A stretch of 64,000 nucleotides of DNA from Candidatus Bathyarchaeota archaeon. Its GTDB lineage: Archaea; Thermoproteota; Bathyarchaeia; TCS64. This document shows, one piece after another, positions 10,054 through 20,729 of this stretch (position 1 is the first letter of the stretch; the number at the start of each line of letters is the position of its first letter). Where the stretch lies: assembly GCA_963769425.1 (NCBI GenBank), contig CAVYLP010000004.1, positions 361,052 through 425,051 on the forward strand, in the 5' to 3' direction. Under the pieces are notes generated by a model. That model made no database searches and was not told the DNA's origin. It saw only the letters and a list, made by a program, of their open reading frames with translations. Position numbers and translations under genes: made by a program.

Positions 10054-11205
10054 TTAGCGAAGATAGTTGTCATTGACCTTTTTTACGCCGTCTATGATGG
10101 ATTCGAGTTCGCTGTAGGATAGATATGGGTGCATAGGTAGGCTTAGTATCATCTTAGACAGGTCCTCCGAGATGGGGCAACTCACGGGCTTCAGTAGTTC
10201 CTCGATTATGGGCTGCTTGTTGAGGGGCGTCGGGTAATGGACTCCGCAGTCGATGTTCTCAGCTTGGAGTGCCTTCATGAATTCGTCTCGGGTACATTTG
10301 AGGTGGTCCAGATCCAGCCTGATGCTGAAGTAGCTGTAGCTGGGGTTTGTGGATGGTGTAATCTTCTGTGGATGGACTGCCTCAGAGTTGCTGAGACCTT
10401 TGATGAGGGTCTTCGCGTTAGCTCTTCGCTTAGCTAGGAATTCGTTTAGCTGGGCCAGCTGGTTTAGGCCGATCACCGACATTATGTCGGTGATCCTGTA
10501 GTTCAACCCCAGAATAACATGGTGGTACCTGCCGTCATCGCCGTGGCTGCGTATAAGCGAGCCCAGTCGATGTAGCTCGTCGTCGTTTGTTGTGACAATG
10601 CCTCCCTCTCCGGTGGTCAGTGTCTTCGTGGGGTAGAAGCTGTAGCAGCTTATGTCTGGCCATGAGCCAAGGTCTTTGCTCATGTATTCGGTGCCGTGGG
10701 CCTGTGCGCAGTCGTTGATTATTCTGAGGTTGTGATCCTTAGCGATCTCCGCTAGTGCCTTCATGTCGCAGCTGTTACCGAAGAGGTGAACTGGGGCTAT
10801 TGCCTTCGTCTTGTTACTGATCTTTTCTTTAACTTTCTCCGGGTCGAGGAGGAAGGTTTCGGGGTCGACGTCGGCTAGGATGGGCTTAGCGTTGCTGTAG
10901 ATTATGGTGCTGATGGTGGCGATGAATGTGAAGGCGGGGGCGATGACCTCATCTCCGGGTTTTAGGGTGGATAGGTATGCGCAGTGGAGAGCCGCTGTGC
11001 CGTTGGAGACGGCGTAGGCGTGCTTCGCACCTACCCTCTCTGCGAATGTGTCTTCGAATTGTTTCGTGTATGGTCCTTGGCGGACATAGCCCGATTTCAG
11101 GACCTTTGCGATGTCGTCCGCGTCCTTCTGGCTGAAGAGGGGTTTGGCGAGGGGGATCTTGTGATCGGAGGCGGGTCTCCCGCCGTCGATGGCTAGTTTA
11201 TCCAT
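10054..11205 (-). CDS. DegT/DnrJ/EryC1/StrS PLP-dependent aminotransferase
   Basis: SNGTAALH, TFIAT, PVHLFG, DCAQAHG, SFYPTKTLTTGEGG. Confidence 0.95.
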   Translation of the reverse strand: MDKLAIDGGRPASDHKIPLAKPLFSQKDADDIAKVLKSGYVRQGPYTKQFEDTFAERVGAKHAYAVSNGTAALHCAYLSTLKPGDEVIAPAFTFIATISTIIYSNAKPILADVDPETFLLDPEKVKEKISNKTKAIAPVHLFGNSCDMKALAEIAKDHNLRIINDCAQAHGTEYMSKDLGSWPDISCYSFYPTKTLTTGEGGIVTTNDDELHRLGSLIRSHGDDGRYHHVILGLNYRITDIMSVIGLNQLAQLNEFLAKRRANAKTLIKGLSNSEAVHPQKITPSTNPSYSYFSIRLDLDHLKCTRDEFMKALQAENIDCGVHYPTPLNKQPIIEELLKPVSCPISEDLSKMILSLPMHPYLSYSELESIIDGVKKVNDNYLR

Positions 11206-11756
11206 GTTAACTTCTTGATCATCGGATGATTTAATAGATGTAGTCTTACCAAACCATTTCTTCAGACTTCGGGATTGTTGGAGAGGACCAGTGTGCTGGC
11301 GAGTGTTAATCTAATCATGTTTGACTTGGAGCACATGAGTTACAGAAAATCACTCAAACTTAATTAGCTCAATTCTCTTGATATCTTTGTATTAGTACAC
11401 TGGAGGCAAAAAAGATTCTGAAAATCACTCCAGAGCAAGAAGAGGAGCTCGGCATCGTAACGGATAGGAATATCTTCGAGTTTTGGAAGGAGGAGGTTTT
11501 AAGACTCTACCAGAAGGGGTGAAAGGAACCCCATGCCGGAAATCTCAAGCGGGCACTCCAAAGAAGCACGTAGATTGATGGTGGGAAGAATCAATATACT
11601 TGGAGTGAGAGGGGATTGGCGCTCATCGAGGCAGAGTTGAGGAGTAAGGATATTGTTGTCGAGCGCACAGGTCATTCCGCTGGAGATAGATATTGCACAC
11701 TTACAAATTTCTACGTGCAGGGCCTGTGATTTTAATTACGGGTAGTTCACCTACCC

Positions 11757-12986
11757 TCAGATTAGAATCATCGAGGCTCCAGCTGCCAATGGGATGAGCA
11801 GGTTATCATCGATTGGTAGGGGGATTGTCTCGATCAGGAGACCAGATGCTGCGCCCATTATGGCGGTAACCGGATCCACGAATAACAGCGCGCCCAAGAG
11901 TGCGAAGACGAAGCCGAATATTGAGCCTTCGACACTCTTTCCCCGATTGAAGGGGATCTTCGTTTTCCCAAATCTCTTGCCGAGTATTGAGGCTGAGCTG
12001 TCGCCGAGCGTTAGCACGGCTATCGCGGCGTATCCTATCCTCGCCGGAAATATTAGTAGGGCTAGAGCTATACCCATTGCATGGAATATTGGTGCGGTGT
12101 TGAACTCCTGAAGCTCTGATCTGTCAGCGGCCCAAAGGGTGATCCTTGAGATTAAGGGTACATTGGTTCCATGGATTCTAAGCAGCTCGGAGGCGGAGTA
12201 GATTAGCGCCGCTACGATTAGTAGCGCCGCTACTGTCTGGTTGTTGAGCAGATAGATGCAGAGGAATGGGATTAACAGTCCGCTGGTGTGGATCGCCTCT
12301 CGAATCACGTTGCCTGTGGTTATTTGGGTGTCATGCATAGCCTCTCCTGTTAGTATTCGCGGGATCTCTGAGAGGTCCTCCTTCACAACGTAATCTGCCC
12401 CTCTACCAATCACATAGTCTGGGTTGAAGCCGATGCTGAGCCCGCAGATCCTCAGCAGTTGCATGTTGTTTAGGTCGTCTACGACGATTGCGCAGTTCTC
12501 TGAGGAGAGACCCTCACTAGCAATTATCTCCTCGAGGGCAGCAACCTTGCCTTTCTCCTTGATCACATTCCCTGATATTTCGCCTGTGAGTACGCCGTCT
12601 CGAGTCTCTACACGTATCCCGGTAGAGTAGTCCGCTCCGAGATGCCTCGCTAAGTCAGCTACCATCTCATCGGGGAGACCCGAGCTTATTAACGCGGTTT
12701 TAAACCCCAGGCTCTTTAAATCGGTAAAGAGCTTCTCGGACCCCGGCATGAGTGGGATGTCTTCGAAGGCCGTTGATAGTTCTCCAATCTGTGTTCCCTT
12801 GAGTGATCTGAAGACGGATCTTAGAGAACGCTCCAGCGAGAGGAGCCCCATCGAGTAGAGAGCCCCGATTGTTGCGAACTTAATGAAGGATGTAATTGCG
12901 TGACCTCTTCGTGCCCCGAATAGTAGGAAGCGTCTCTTTGGTATGAGCACTCCCTCTACGTCGAATACTACTAGTTTGATGGGCAA
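11757..12986 (-). CDS. HAD-IB phosphatase fused to a SEC59/DGK1/VTE5-type CTP-dependent kinase
   Basis: N-terminal VVFDVEGVL, ISSG, K, VDDLNN; C-terminal REAIH, LGDSSASILGKRFG, KSVEGS, DDNLLIP. Confidence 0.85.
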   Translation of the reverse strand: MPIKLVVFDVEGVLIPKRRFLLFGARRGHAITSFIKFATIGALYSMGLLSLERSLRSVFRSLKGTQIGELSTAFEDIPLMPGSEKLFTDLKSLGFKTALISSGLPDEMVADLARHLGADYSTGIRVETRDGVLTGEISGNVIKEKGKVAALEEIIASEGLSSENCAIVVDDLNNMQLLRICGLSIGFNPDYVIGRGADYVVKEDLSEIPRILTGEAMHDTQITTGNVIREAIHTSGLLIPFLCIYLLNNQTVAALLIVAALIYSASELLRIHGTNVPLISRITLWAADRSELQEFNTAPIFHAMGIALALLIFPARIGYAAIAVLTLGDSSASILGKRFGKTKIPFNRGKSVEGSIFGFVFALLGALLFVDPVTAIMGAASGLLIETIPLPIDDNLLIPLAAGASMILI

Positions 12987-13700
12987 TTCGCTCTTCTCTA
13001 GTCTGGTCGCGTAGTATCTTTTAAAACGTACAGTGCTCTATATCCACTTCTCTAGGACCGTTGGGTAAGATTTCAATTTGTAATAATCTGAGTTCGGAAA
13101 TTATTGATGGGAAATGTGCAGTAGTTATTTCAAAGATTTTGTCTTCTTAAGGCTGCTTAAGATTAATACACGTGAATTGTATGATTCTAATTAGGATGCT
13201 GTTATTGAGTCGACTAAGTTGGCGCGAATTTTAATAGCACCACTCATTAATCTATGAATTAGCTGGGGATATTAATTGCACTACTAAAGCACGGATTCCA
13301 GAGATAAGGTTAAGATTATGTGGATTTGCATCGTATTAAGTATTTAACGTCTCAAACTAGTAGCGTCGTCTTCGCAGTCGATTTCCTACATCTGGGAGTT
13401 GTAGCGGTTTTCTTGATTATTACTTTGTTTTTAGCTGTTCTCCTTCGTAGGAGAGGCGGAAACAGGGAGACCTCTTCAGAGAAGAAGTAGGAGCAGACGT
13501 TACCTCAACCTTAAACCCTCCAAATGGACTGTTCCACAATCTACTCCAGAATCTTCAGAAAGAAGGAGTGGATAGTCTTCTGCGCCAACGTGGCGATTGA
13601 GGTTTACGAAGTGGATGATCGTGATTAGGATCGCGCATGTGGTCAGGTAGGTGCCGCCCAACTAGGAATTGGATCAATGCGGCATTAATCACAAGTTGTT

Positions 13701-13958
13701 TTAAAGATTAGTTTTTCTTCCCCAGTAACTGCACCAGTTTTTTTGTCGCATCTCTCCATATTGATCTTTATTTATACATGAAATCTCAAAGTAATCTTTG
13801 GTTAGCTTTTCTCCGTTATTAAACCTGCATCTCAAGCAAATCAAAATTGTTGTATCCCAATCTGGATCGTGGTAACCAACCCGTACAAACATAGATTTGC
13901 TATTCGGGGCCTCATGGAAGCGTTCTAATGGTATGTATGCCCCCGAACCAGACTCCAT
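13701..13958 (-). CDS. Hypothetical protein
   Basis: ATG ORF, Cys-containing; no family recognised. Confidence 0.35.
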   Translation of the reverse strand: MESGSGAYIPLERFHEAPNSKSMFVRVGYHDPDWDTTILICLRCRFNNGEKLTKDYFEISCINKDQYGEMRQKNWCSYWGRKTNL

Positions 13959-14069
13959 AGAAAAAATAAATTAACCTATTTTTATAAACACGACTCTTTG
14001 AATCCTTAATTTATTTGACTAAAGACTAATTTTTTAAACTGATGTTTCTGTGTCGATTTCAAGCGCCAA

Positions 14070-14264
14070 TTAAGGTCGAGGGAAAATCGTTTTGCATTTA
14101 ATACACTTTAAAATCTGTTTTCTCTTGTTGTCGACATCGACACTTGCAAAGATTGATTTCTTGGCTCCGCATATCGGACAATCACCGCCCCATTCGACTT
14201 TCTTATCACTATGAGAATTGGACAATTCGAAAACCACCCGGATGAGGTGTACGATACTTTTCAC
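14070..14264 (-). CDS. Small Zn-ribbon protein or fragment
   Basis: CPICG...CIKC. Confidence 0.4.
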   Translation of the reverse strand: MKSIVHLIRVVFELSNSHSDKKVEWGGDCPICGAKKSIFASVDVDNKRKQILKCIKCKTIFPRP

Positions 14265-14576
14265 CGGAGTTTATATTAGTTTAGCTAAGTAAGCACGGGC
14301 AAGTGCTAGATGCGATTACAACGTCCCGTTAAGCATTCTTCACTAAGGAACGGATATCGTGCATTGTAGGTCTCATCGGATATCGTCAATGTTCTATGAC
14401 CCTGTGTATGCACATACGTGGCGCTCGCTGTATACAAAATTCCGTATCATATTTTGAAATAATTACAATATATTGGATTATACGGATATATTTTTTGTAA
14501 TTATTGTGAGTTTTTTCATAATAAATTTATTAACCTCAACTACGTACGCTGTGGAAGAACAAGTATCTTAGCGGAC

Positions 14577-15584
14577 TTGAACACGAGGAAGCATCCATTG
14601 AAAACGGAACTAACCACAGGCGGAAGCCAAGTCGCGTCAGACATCCCGAGGCCTCTTGATCAGCTCTCTGAAGTGGAGCTTGAGAGAAAGTCCTGCATCG
14701 GCAGGGTAATGACATACACATTGAGTAATCTCACCAATTACTTCACAGTGAACGGATTCCAGTGGCTACTTCCCGTCGCCCTCTCCAGATCGACGGACCC
14801 GCTTTGGCCCGACCCAGGGGCATCGATCGATAAGCGGATCGAGGTGGACATCTATGGTGAGACGGTCCGGACAACTTCGAGCATGATCGTTCACAAGTTA
14901 ATTGCCGCCTCCCTCGCTTATCCTAAACTATTCATCCTGTCCCCAAACATCAGGATCGAGAAGGCTGAGCGTGCGAAGACGGGGAAGCACGTCTACGAGT
15001 TCACTCAATTGGACTTCGAAGCCAGAGACGCCACGTCCGCGGATGTCATGAGGCTCGTGGAGGGCGCTGTCTGTGGGCTGGTTGAAAATCTGAGGAGATA
15101 TGAGGCGGAGGACCTAAGACGCCTTGAGAGATTCGACGAGCTGAGTGTTCCCAAGAAGCCGTTCACCGTTTACGACGCTGCTCAGTTGGAGGCTGAGTTC
15201 GGTGCTGGATGGGAGACGAAGCTGGTCGGTGAGATCAAGGCGCCTGTGTGGTTAACTAACATCCCCCGTGAGTTCTACGACTTTGAGGACTTCGAGTCGG
15301 GGAGGTGGGATAATTACGATCTTCTGATGCCGGGTTACGGTGAGGTTCTCTCGGGCGCCAAGAGGGAGTGGGAGTACCAGAAGATGCTGAGGAAGATGGA
15401 GAGGGACGGCGTCAGGAAGGAAAACTTTGCATTGATACTGAGGCTGGCGAAGGAGGGAAGGATCAAGCCTACCGCGGGCGCCGGCATCGGGGTTGAGAGA
15501 ATCGTAGGCTGGATAACGGGGGCTAAACACATCGGGGAGACCCAGCCATTCCCGAAGGTCCCTGGCACGGTTTATGAACTATAA
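14577..15584 (+). CDS. asnA: Archaeal asparagine synthetase A (AsnRS paralog lacking the anticodon domain)
   Basis: TDPLWPDP, SMIVHK, SPNIRIE, HVYEFTQLDFE, IPREFYD, GEVLSG, AGAGIGVER. Confidence 0.9.
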   Translation: MNTRKHPLKTELTTGGSQVASDIPRPLDQLSEVELERKSCIGRVMTYTLSNLTNYFTVNGFQWLLPVALSRSTDPLWPDPGASIDKRIEVDIYGETVRTTSSMIVHKLIAASLAYPKLFILSPNIRIEKAERAKTGKHVYEFTQLDFEARDATSADVMRLVEGAVCGLVENLRRYEAEDLRRLERFDELSVPKKPFTVYDAAQLEAEFGAGWETKLVGEIKAPVWLTNIPREFYDFEDFESGRWDNYDLLMPGYGEVLSGAKREWEYQKMLRKMERDGVRKENFALILRLAKEGRIKPTAGAGIGVERIVGWITGAKHIGETQPFPKVPGTVYEL

Positions 15585-15730
15585 TCTCCGAGTTTTTTTG
15601 TGTGGGTGGAAGTCTAGGTAGTTTTACCCTTACTCGTGCGTGCTGAGATTAGATGATTACTAGCAGGAAATACTTGTTAAGCAGATTAGGTGTATAAAAC
15701 GAGGATTTCCATCCCACAAACGGGATCGTT

Positions 15731-16041
15731 ATGTTATACTAGTAAGAGCAGAGTTCATCGAGTAGACCCTGGCTGGTAGGCCAATGAAGGAGTCCATGAG
15801 CTGGATAGAGGAGGTAATCCACCCGAGCATTGGAATGCTCGAGAAGGCGTCTATGGACAAGAAGCTGCTAAGAGGCACGCTCGCAGGTGGACGAGAAGGT
15901 GTTTTCGTATTGGAGGCTTCCTCAAATGAGGAAGTCGGAAAATTCCTTCGAAATTTGCCCTTTTGGTTTGCCATGAAGTGGTCGATTATTCCTCTCCAGT
16001 CCTTCAGGAGCACCGAGACTATTGTTCGGATTTTTCATTGA
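15731..16041 (+). pseudogene. DUF3303/muconolactone-isomerase-like ferredoxin-fold protein, disrupted 5' end
   Basis: MLY-LVRAEFIE*TLAGRP upstream of the called ORF (one frameshift plus TAG at 15763); GGREGVFVLEASSNEE..LPFW..W.IIPL. Confidence 0.5.
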
Positions 16042-16092
16042 ACTGTTAACATCCGCATAAAATTAAAGTTATTAACACGACCGGCGCGCGCC

Positions 16093-16706
16093 GCCTTGTC
16101 CCTTTATTGGATAATACCGGTTTTAAACGGTCATACCCCCCATCACCGGCTGAGAGGATCAACTGAATCCCTTCCCCGAGTTATCCCCCCGCCAACCCAC
16201 CCGCCACGACGTTTCCCTGTAAGTGGTAACCACTAATAAGGTGTTTCCACGGGACACCCTTCACACCGATGAATGAACACATCCAAACCGGGTTACGCCT
16301 ACGATTGAATAGCGTCCACCCACCCCGCCTCTATTCACATCGTTCAATGAAGCGCGATCCACGCCCTTCAATGGATTGTTGAAGGCACACGGAATGCAAC
16401 GGTTTTCAATCGATATTCAACGGTTTTTAACACGTTTCAGGTGGTTCCGGCGACGCGTCCCCGATGACGTCGCTATATATAGCTGAGTCTGTGGAGGAGA
16501 ATGCAACGGGATTTTTTTGAGAAGCCTATGTGATTGCGGGTGAGGGGAAAGGAAGCCGTTGAATTAGTTTTAAGGTACCTCGCTAATTTTGTCGTTTCTT
16601 TGGTGGTTCAGGATCTCGGTGTCAGAAGGGTCTATTTGGTGCCTTATTTGGCGTGATGGTGTTTAGGACCGTTTTAAACCGTCTGTTATCAATTTAGGGA
16701 CAAGGC
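16093..16706. mobile_element. Non-coding element with ~55-bp imperfect terminal inverted repeats (MITE-like)
   Basis: Left GCCTTGTCCCTTTATTGGATAATACCGGTTTTAAACGGTC; reverse complement of right end GCCTTGTCCCTAAATTGATAACAGACGGTTTAAAACGGTC; no ORF; no clear target-site duplication. Confidence 0.6.
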
Positions 16707-16948
16707 AGAGTGGGGGTTCGGCCCAATCGGTAGGCTCGTTCAATGTTTAGGTGATTCGGGCATGGATTATGCCTTCATTTGGGCGTTGGCTATGAGCCTA
16801 GAACCACTCGTGGTGTTGACGTGATTATCACCATAAGCGACAATGACCTTAGGATGGTCATTGATTTTTTCCACTGCGTGTCCCTCGATATAGGTGAGCG
16901 AATGATGAATGAAGTAACCTTATCGGGCTAAAACATCGCCACATTGGT

Positions 16949-18568
16949 TTAGAAATTAGTGAGTAGGTTTTCGACGCCTCTTCTGCAGAAGACGTAGGAT
17001 AGGACGAGGATAACGCAACCAACTATCAATGAGATGATGAATAATGTTATGGTCGAGAAACCCAGTGTCGAGGTACCGATTAAGAATCCCAGTACCACAG
17101 GTGTAAACACGAGGAGGGATGTCAACCCGGCTAATAGGAAGCCGATGAGGAAACCCTTCAAGGAAACGTATCTGCTCCTCGCCCCAACGTTATAATCCGG
17201 CCACCTCGAACCCACTCCGAGACCTATGAAGCTGTTGATCACTATGACAAGAATCGCCGTCACCAAGATCTCCGAGGCATCGATTAAGCTGATAGGTGTG
17301 ATGAACTCTAGGCCAAGCATCACGCCGATGGTGGCTACACCTGATATCAGCCATGCGGGGGCCAGCTTTCCCTTAATCAACTCCGTCGGCTTGATGGGTA
17401 GTGTGAGTAGGTTCATCACCGATTTACCTTCTTGGCCTATCACAATTGTTGAAAACATCAGAGGCGTTATGTAGGGTATCATCAAAGTGATAATGAACAC
17501 CGGCTCCCCTAGGTCCCCCCCACCCGGAGTGAGGAGTATCGGGAGGATTGAGGAGATGATGATGACGATCGGTATCGCGATGAATCTTGCCATATCCTTT
17601 CTACGCAGCAGGGCCCTGAACTCCTTCAAGGCGAGAGCGGCCTCAAGGGGGTTGTATCCGAGCCTAAGCTTACTCGAGGAGTGGGGTATGTACTTCGTGG
17701 AGGAGTCGAAGGAGATTGAAATTGGGATGGGGGACCAGTAGATTCGCCTCAGTTGAGAGGCGGCTTCGTAGACTAGGAGGGTGAACCCCACCGATAACCC
17801 GGAGAAGAGTGCTGCTCTTAGGAGGTCTCTACCCGTGAAGCTGATCAAAGCTATGGCTGGCCAGACGATTGGTAAAACCCATATCGTTTCGACTCCGGCG
17901 GTTAACTGTCCCAGAACGTAGTATAGTAAGTAGGGTTGAAAGGCGATCTGAATAACTACGAATAGTAGGATCAGGGCCACTAGCCTCGAAATCATTCCTA
18001 GTCGGCTACTCTTCCTGTAGACGGTCGATGAAACCCTGTTCATCACCGATCTGAGTATCTCGATGATGAGCGCCCCGAGTATTAGGGAGAGCAGGGATAG
18101 CATCATAGCCGGTGACCAGAGGTCAAACAACCCAGTTCGCAGGGCCAGGGGGAGTGTGAGCCCAGCCGTGATCGCCAGAATCTCGGAGTAGACGAAGGAG
18201 GTCGATAACGCTGAGGCGACGACGTATTCGCCGGGGGTGAGGGGAAGCCAGTTCACCGCCTCGCTGGAAGATATGGCCGACCCTTGACTGAGTTCAAACA
18301 TGAGGCCGGCGACGATCACAGCGGAGGTCATCAGGACTGGTATGCCGATCATTGCTTGGGTGAGGAGCCCCGCTAACACCGTAGTCATTGATTCCGGTAT
18401 CATTCCCACAATATACCACATGAATGCCAGTGGAGCCGCAAATAACGCTGCATCGACCAGGAGCATAACCCTCGGCTTAGAAAAGAATGTTATCCTACCG
18501 CCCCGACTTGATCGAAGATAGGACTTGAAGAGAGCTGAGGACAGGGCAGCAACTAGGCTGAGCCTCAC
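16949..18568 (-). CDS. ABC exporter permease
   Basis: Many TM helices; LPLTP..YV and GQEGKS..L.TLPI....I.GK motifs; overlaps the ATPase stop. Confidence 0.85.
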   Translation of the reverse strand: MRLSLVAALSSALFKSYLRSSRGGRITFFSKPRVMLLVDAALFAAPLAFMWYIVGMIPESMTTVLAGLLTQAMIGIPVLMTSAVIVAGLMFELSQGSAISSSEAVNWLPLTPGEYVVASALSTSFVYSEILAITAGLTLPLALRTGLFDLWSPAMMLSLLSLILGALIIEILRSVMNRVSSTVYRKSSRLGMISRLVALILLFVVIQIAFQPYLLYYVLGQLTAGVETIWVLPIVWPAIALISFTGRDLLRAALFSGLSVGFTLLVYEAASQLRRIYWSPIPISISFDSSTKYIPHSSSKLRLGYNPLEAALALKEFRALLRRKDMARFIAIPIVIIISSILPILLTPGGGDLGEPVFIITLMIPYITPLMFSTIVIGQEGKSVMNLLTLPIKPTELIKGKLAPAWLISGVATIGVMLGLEFITPISLIDASEILVTAILVIVINSFIGLGVGSRWPDYNVGARSRYVSLKGFLIGFLLAGLTSLLVFTPVVLGFLIGTSTLGFSTITLFIISLIVGCVILVLSYVFCRRGVENLLTNF

Positions 18569-19329
18569 AGCCTAAGGGCCTCCACAAGCTTCGCCGTGTC
18601 CTCTCCACCGGTTAGCTTCAGGAAGACGTCCTCGAGGCTCGAACCCTTTAGGCCAGCCATATCCTTGATCTCCTGAGGGGTTCCTTTGGCTACGACTGAA
18701 CCGTCGCCAATTATGGTAATCGCGTTGCAGATCGCGTCCGCAATCTCCAGCACGTGTGTGCTGAAGAGGACTGAGACCCCCTCTGTGGCTAACCGGTGCA
18801 GGATCTCCTTTACTATTCTCGCTGATCTGGGGTCGAGTCCATTCAGGGGCTCGTCCAGTATCAGGACCTTAGGTCGGTGCATGAGCGCTGAGATCAATGC
18901 AACTTTCTGTCTCATGCCCTGCGAGTAGCCACTCATCACCTCGTTGACGTGCTTGTCCATCTGGAGGACTTGGAGGAGCTCACCCACTCTATCCTTCCGC
19001 TCCTCCGAGGATAGCCCATACGCTATACCAACGAGGTCAAGGTACTCGGCCGCGGAGAGGTACTCGTAGAGAAATGGGGTCTCAGGGACATAGCCTATCT
19101 GTTTTCTCGCCTCGACCGGATGAGCTCCGACGTCCACCCCACACACGGTGACGCTGCCCGAGTCGGGTTTGATTACTCCCATTATAATCTTCATAGTTGT
19201 GCTCTTGCCTGAGCCGTTTGGGCCAAGTAGCCCCATGATCTCGCCGGGCTCGACGCTGAGGCTGAAGTTGTTGACTGCCTTTAACTCTCCAAAGGACTTT
19301 GACACATCCACGACCGAGATATTTACCAA
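18565..19329 (-). CDS. ABC transporter ATP-binding protein
   Basis: GPNGSGKST, YSQGMRQK, LILDEP, H-loop STH. Confidence 0.97.
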   Translation of the reverse strand: MVNISVVDVSKSFGELKAVNNFSLSVEPGEIMGLLGPNGSGKSTTMKIIMGVIKPDSGSVTVCGVDVGAHPVEARKQIGYVPETPFLYEYLSAAEYLDLVGIAYGLSSEERKDRVGELLQVLQMDKHVNEVMSGYSQGMRQKVALISALMHRPKVLILDEPLNGLDPRSARIVKEILHRLATEGVSVLFSTHVLEIADAICNAITIIGDGSVVAKGTPQEIKDMAGLKGSSLEDVFLKLTGGEDTAKLVEALRL

Positions 19330-19504
19330 GATTTACCCCTGCGATGCTCGCTGATTCAGGGTTGCATTTATTAACCTTTGTCATAACCCACCTCTGACAC
19401 ATGTTTATTTTAAAAATAAGTTCAAGAGGCCACGTCGAGCGCCATCCCGAGAGACGCAACTAGTACATCATATAAATGTACACACCAAACTTTAATCGAA
19501 TATA

Positions 19505-20479
19505 ATGTACAAGCCAACCCTCAAAGACGTATTAGATGCCAGGAAACGAATACAACTCTACCTGGCGAAGACCCCTCTACGCGATTATGGTGCACTCTCC
19601 GAGGCAGTAGGCTGTGAGATGTATGTTAAACATGAAAACTACCAGCCCACGTGTGCATTCAAGATCAGAGGCGGGATCAACCTAGTCAGCCAACTGAGCC
19701 CCGAGGAGAAGCGCCTCGGAGTAGTAACCGCTTCCACCGGTAATCACGGTCAATCGATAGCTTTAGCGTCGAAGATGTTCGGCGTGAAGGCGATCATATG
19801 CGTGCCAAGGAACCCTAACCCCGATAAGGTCCGTGCTATCAAGGGCTACGGGGCTGAGATCGTCGAGGAGGGGGCGGATTTTGAGGAGGCTAAGAATAAC
19901 GCTGAGAGGCTCGCTCATGAACATGGCTACAGGTACATACACAGCGGAAATGAGCCTCACCTCATCGCGGGTGTCGGGACGATCGGCCTCGAGATGATTG
20001 AGGATCAGCCGGCACTCGACGCTGTTATTGTTCCGGTGGGGGGAGGCTCTGGCGCCTCAGGGGTCTCAACCGTCTATAAGACGATGTCTCCTGAGACGAG
20101 AATTATCGGTGTTCAGGCCGAGGAGGCGCAGAGCGTCTTCCTGAGCTGGAGGAGCGGCAGGATGGAGAGCACGGGGAAGTCGAGGACCTTCGCCGATGGG
20201 TTAGCGACGAGGAGTGCCTTCGAGCTCCCGCTGGAGATTATGAGGGAGAATCTAGACGACTTCGTGCTGGTCTCTGAGGATGAGATGAAGGCGGCCATCA
20301 GGCTCTACGTTGAGAAGGCTCATACGATAGCCGAGGGGGCTGGGGCCGCCTCTCTCGCGGCGGCTATTAAGATGCGTGATATGCTGAGGGGTAAAAAAGT
20401 GGGTGTTGTTCTCAGTGGTGGAAATCTCACCGCGGATATGCTCCGAGACATATTGAATGGTTCGAACCCGACTCCATGA
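19505..20479 (+). CDS. Threonine/serine dehydratase (PLP, fold type II)
   Basis: KHENYQPTCAFKIRG, ASTGNHG, PVGGGSG, ADGL, EGAGA, LSGGN. Confidence 0.93.
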   Translation: MYKPTLKDVLDARKRIQLYLAKTPLRDYGALSEAVGCEMYVKHENYQPTCAFKIRGGINLVSQLSPEEKRLGVVTASTGNHGQSIALASKMFGVKAIICVPRNPNPDKVRAIKGYGAEIVEEGADFEEAKNNAERLAHEHGYRYIHSGNEPHLIAGVGTIGLEMIEDQPALDAVIVPVGGGSGASGVSTVYKTMSPETRIIGVQAEEAQSVFLSWRSGRMESTGKSRTFADGLATRSAFELPLEIMRENLDDFVLVSEDEMKAAIRLYVEKAHTIAEGAGAASLAAAIKMRDMLRGKKVGVVLSGGNLTADMLRDILNGSNPTP

Positions 20480-20729
20480 AAATTTCGATCCAATGAATAT
20501 GGAAACCATATTCCTTTTATTCAATTCTTAGTTTAAAAGTAAACTGTAAAATTCATCACAGGGGTAGAATGAGAGATTAAGCGTGACTTAGTAAAAAGGG
20601 GATTTGATATTCACCACATAGACGGTAAAAGCCCGAGGGAGATCCTCAGAATTTGAATGACCCTGAAATATGTAGACATGTTCATGAAGCGCATCAGAAG
20701 AATAGAAGCACTTCGAAGCGTCGCCGTCT

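Noticed and set aside
11400-11700. Coding-like purine-rich stretch (KILKITPEQEEELG...)
   Set aside because: Too short and interrupted to assign
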